From: Wolbachia endosymbiont of Drosophila innubila
Lineage (GTDB): Bacteria > Pseudomonadota > Alphaproteobacteria > Rickettsiales > Anaplasmataceae
Reading direction: 5' to 3'
Assembly (NCBI RefSeq): GCF_021378375.1
Contig: NZ_CP076228.1
Location: 1,050,001 to 1,082,000 of the forward strand
DNA length: 32,000 nt
A program made the position numbers and the translations under genes. This document shows, piece after piece, positions 29,078 to 32,000 of this stretch (its first letter is position 1; every line of letters begins with the position of its first letter). The notes beneath the pieces were generated by a model, which searched no databases, was not told where the DNA came from, and was given only the letters and a program-made list of their open reading frames with translations.

Positions 29078-30652
29078 TCAAGATAAAACTTTACTTTTAA
29101 TAACTTCAACATCACTAAACTCAAAGGTTTGATTCCCTATGATTTGAAATTTCTCATGTCCTTTTCCTGCAACCAGCAGAATCATACCCTCGTTATAGGC
29201 AATATCTATGCCTTTTTCTATGGCTTCTTTCCTGTCCCCTATCTCCAGTGCACTAGGACAATATAGCAAAATATCGTGGCGAATTTTTGCAGGATCTTCA
29301 TCACGCGGATTGTCATCTGTGATTATTACTTTGTCTGCATACATTTGTGCTATTTTACCCATTTCTGAACGCTTCTTCCGATCACGATTGCCACCGCATC
29401 CAAAAACTAGGACTATTTTTTTGTTGAAGTGCCATTTTAAAGACAACAGGGCTTGTTTAAGCGCACTTGGAGTGTGTGCGTAATCCACGAATGCAAAAGG
29501 TTTAACTTTTTCCATTCTTCCTGGTGGAGAAACGAGTTTACCTATAGATATTTCTCTGTAATTCAGTCCAGACGAGGTAACTATACCAATTGCACACAAC
29601 AGATTATATGCTTGAAATTGCCCCAAAACTGGAAAAAACATGTTATAAATTTCATCGCCAATTTTAATTGTAAGGTATTGACCATTAGGGGTTGGTGTTT
29701 GCTCTAATAAAGTAATATCAGAACCTGTTTTTCCATAGGTGATAACTTTGTTGCTGCGTTTTTCAGCTATTTTAAGCAATGCATGGTACTCATTTATATC
29801 CGCATTTAAAATTACTGTTTCTCCCTCTGGTAGTACCTCATAAAATAACCTTTTCTTAGCCTCAAAATACTCATCGATACTCTTATGATAGTCCAAATGA
29901 TCTTGCGAGAAATTAGTAAAAGCTGCAGCAGTGAACCTAAGTCCATGAATTCTGTATTGGTCAATTCCATGGCTTGAAGCCTCTAATGCTAATTGTTCTA
30001 CGTTCTTACTATTTATACCACATAATGTGGAATAAAGGTCATCTGCGCCTGGAGTGGTAAGATTATCGCTATTATCTTCTCTGTCATTATTGATGCATGT
30101 TCCAAGTGTTCCAATAGACGCAGCATTATAGCCAGAGTTTTGCCAGATCTGGCGGCAAAATTCTACTACTGAAGTTTTACCATTTGTACCAGTTACAGCA
30201 GCAACATATTTGGGCTGTTTGAATTGATAAAACCTGCTGACTATTTCTCTGTATATTTCTTGAGGGTTTGGGTGGTCAAGCACTGCAAAACTCGGAGTAT
30301 TTGTCATGCAAGTAGCTGACACTGGAATCCAGTTTTTATTATGCAATTGCTTAGTGTGTTCATTTGCAATTAAATTTTCTGGATCCAAGTAGTCAAGCAC
30401 TGGGATGACATCTTTTTTGGTTCCTTGTATGACAACGTCTACACAGTCGTGTGCGTGATACTGGGATTCAGTAGGAAAAATCTGGATACATGCTGGTTTT
30501 CTAGATTCCAGCGTCACGCGCTGGAATGACACCGCAGACACACAAACAAAAAGATAACCTTCCTTTACTCTATTGGGATTACATGTAACGCCCTTGATTT
30601 CAATATCAAAGTTAACATCAATAATGTTATGCAGTAATTCTCTCAGTTTCAT
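29078..30652 (-). CDS. murE: UDP-N-acetylmuramoyl-L-alanyl-D-glutamate--2,6-diaminopimelate ligase, with in-frame repeat-derived segment
   Basis: 'VTGTNGKTSVVEFCRQIW', 'TTPGADDLYSTLCG', 'DHLDYHKSIDEYFEAKKRLF', 'VFGCGGNRDRKKRSEMG', 'DNPRDEDP'. About 75 aa near the N-terminus are repeat-encoded. Confidence 0.95.
   Translation of the reverse strand: MKLRELLHNIIDVNFDIEIKGVTCNPNRVKEGYLFVCVSAVSFQRVTLESRKPACIQIFPTESQYHAHDCVDVVIQGTKKDVIPVLDYLDPENLIANEHTKQLHNKNWIPVSATCMTNTPSFAVLDHPNPQEIYREIVSRFYQFKQPKYVAAVTGTNGKTSVVEFCRQIWQNSGYNAASIGTLGTCINNDREDNSDNLTTPGADDLYSTLCGINSKNVEQLALEASSHGIDQYRIHGLRFTAAAFTNFSQDHLDYHKSIDEYFEAKKRLFYEVLPEGETVILNADINEYHALLKIAEKRSNKVITYGKTGSDITLLEQTPTPNGQYLTIKIGDEIYNMFFPVLGQFQAYNLLCAIGIVTSSGLNYREISIGKLVSPPGRMEKVKPFAFVDYAHTPSALKQALLSLKWHFNKKIVLVFGCGGNRDRKKRSEMGKIAQMYADKVIITDDNPRDEDPAKIRHDILLYCPSALEIGDRKEAIEKGIDIAYNEGMILLVAGKGHEKFQIIGNQTFEFSDVEVIKSKVLS
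30302..30540. repeat. Palindromic element(s) inside murE
   Basis: tgtcatgcaagtagctgacactggaatccag (30302..30332) is identical to mnmE 14065..14095. The first unit ends caagcactgggatgaca (30410); a second arm remnant is 'ctagattccagcgtcacgcgctggaatgacacc'. Confidence 0.88.
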
Positions 30653-31860
30653 CTGCCAGTTTTAGTGTTCAAACATGGCAACCTTGCTAGTGCAGCATTT
30701 AAATCAGAGATTAAATCTTCAGGATCTTCCAGTCCACAAAATATCCGTATAAAACTTCCACCATAATCTGAATTCATTACAGATCTTGACATAGATCTAC
30801 GATCTATTGGTAATATCAAACTGTCGCATCCTCCCCAAGAAGCACCGATACCAAAAATTTTCATGTGATCAACCATGCAGCTTAGTTCTTCACATGAATA
30901 TTCTCTATCTAGTGCTATACTGAATGTGCCGCTTGCTCCTTTGAAGTAACTTTTCCATAATTCGTGTTGAGGATGGGAGGGAAGTGCTGGATACAAAACT
31001 TTTTTGATTTTTGAATGTTTTTCTAGCCACTTTGCCACTTCCATTGCTGTATTTTGGTACCTTTTCATACGTGTGTACAATGTTCTAAGTCCCCTATGTG
31101 CAAGGTAGCAGTCGTGCGATTGAATGGTTACCCCATAATTTTTATAGCTCTCATAAAGCAATTTAAAAATTTCACCTTCAGCAATAATAGCCCCCATCAC
31201 TAAATCTGAGTGACCGGCTAGATACTTTGTCACCGCATATAGTGCAACATCAACTCCATAATCAAGCGGCTTAAATAACAAAGGAGTGGCCCATGAATTG
31301 TCACAAACGGTCACAATTTTATGTTCCTTAGCAACTTTTACTATATGCTCTATATTCGAAATCTCAAACGTTACAGAACCAGGAGTCTCGATCATTATCA
31401 ATGAAGTATTACTCTGAATTAAATCAGTTATATCCTGTGTTGGATCATAAAAAGTTACTTCTGTTCCTCTTTTTGGTAGCTCATTTTCTGCAAACCTCCT
31501 AAGCCTATAATAACTATTATCTTGAATTAAAACGTGCGAGCCTGCTTTAGCGAAAGTTAGAATAGCAAAAGTAAGTGCAAATAGTCCGGAAGGATAAATA
31601 AGCGCTTGTCCACTCCCTTCAATTTCAGCCAGTGCATTTGAAAGATAATGAACAGTAGGAGTACCAACATTACTGTAGCTATAATCCCTTGCAACACCAT
31701 CGTTGATTACATCGTATATACTTTCTCCATTTGCTGCATTTAAGTAGTCCTTGTAAGTAGGGAATAATATGGTAGAAGAATGATAAACTGGCGGGTTCAT
31801 GGAACCTTTATAGTCATTAAATTTTCTTCCTGCTTTAACTAATATAGACTCTTCCTTCAC
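30649..31860 (-). CDS. metC: Cystathionine beta-lyase/Cys-Met metabolism PLP-dependent enzyme
   Basis: 'NPPVYHSSTILFPT', 'YSYSNVGTPTVHYLSNALAEIEGSGQALIYPSG', PLP-lysine region 'VDVALYAVTKYLAGHSDLVMG'. ATGA overlap with murE. Confidence 0.9.
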   Translation of the reverse strand: MKEESILVKAGRKFNDYKGSMNPPVYHSSTILFPTYKDYLNAANGESIYDVINDGVARDYSYSNVGTPTVHYLSNALAEIEGSGQALIYPSGLFALTFAILTFAKAGSHVLIQDNSYYRLRRFAENELPKRGTEVTFYDPTQDITDLIQSNTSLIMIETPGSVTFEISNIEHIVKVAKEHKIVTVCDNSWATPLLFKPLDYGVDVALYAVTKYLAGHSDLVMGAIIAEGEIFKLLYESYKNYGVTIQSHDCYLAHRGLRTLYTRMKRYQNTAMEVAKWLEKHSKIKKVLYPALPSHPQHELWKSYFKGASGTFSIALDREYSCEELSCMVDHMKIFGIGASWGGCDSLILPIDRRSMSRSVMNSDYGGSFIRIFCGLEDPEDLISDLNAALARLPCLNTKTGR

Positions 31861-31867
31861 ATTTTTA

Positions 31868-32000
31868 TTATTTATTTTTTAAATTGTACTCATCTTGCGT
31901 ATACAAGTGAAGAGAAATTGCATGTATTAGCTCTATCTCACCCTTCAATAACTCATAAATCAACTTGTGTCTTTTTAGAACGCTCATTCCAATAAAGCCG
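31868..32000 (-). CDS. BolA-family protein, 5' end outside window
   Basis: Manual translation: GFIGMSVLKRHKLIYELLKGEIELIHAISLHLYTQDEYNLKNK*. It matches the BolA C-terminal pattern (F.G.S...RH..VY..L..E....HA.S). It is below the ORF-track length cutoff. Confidence 0.8.
   Translation of the reverse strand, partial: GFIGMSVLKRHKLIYELLKGEIELIHAISLHLYTQDEYNLKNK

Overview
The window is a chromosomal segment from a Wolbachia-like alphaproteobacterial endosymbiont. This is inferred from gene content, AT richness and the 'SWIPVSxTxMT' palindromic repeat family; no database search was run. Core genes: Fe(III) ABC permease (5' partial), dxr, mlaF/mlaE, rpmF, plsX, fabH, an FAD/NAD(P) oxidoreductase, tRNA-Ser(UGA), mnmE, nuoI, thrS, infC, nuoF, tRNA-Lys(UUU), comF (5'-truncated), an ankyrin protein, murE, a metB/metC-type PLP enzyme and a BolA-like partial. 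Accessory layer: (i) a minus-strand group II intron (about 2076..4368) that exactly splits an Rpn/PD-(D/E)XK nuclease-transposase gene; (ii) a second, unrelated group II intron (about 20141..22053) downstream of tRNA-Lys; (iii) a phage-derived block (DnaB-like helicase, RelE/RelB-like pair, 840-aa tail-fibre-like protein, coiled-coil ORF); (iv) an IS5-family element (about 26775..27687) abutting a decapitated comF; (v) a 326-bp non-coding element with terminal inverted repeats and a perfect 9-bp target duplication (8662..8987); (vi) palindromic repeats, two of them carried in frame inside mnmE and murE. Seven or eight single-nucleotide homopolymer length changes fall only in the mobile or selfish genes. 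No clear new defence or toxin system was found. The best leads are the split Rpn gene with its conserved splice junction, the in-frame repeats in essential genes, the MITE-like element, a 31-bp inverted duplication of the dnaB-like start codon, a 147-bp tandem non-coding repeat and the IS/prophage/comF junction.
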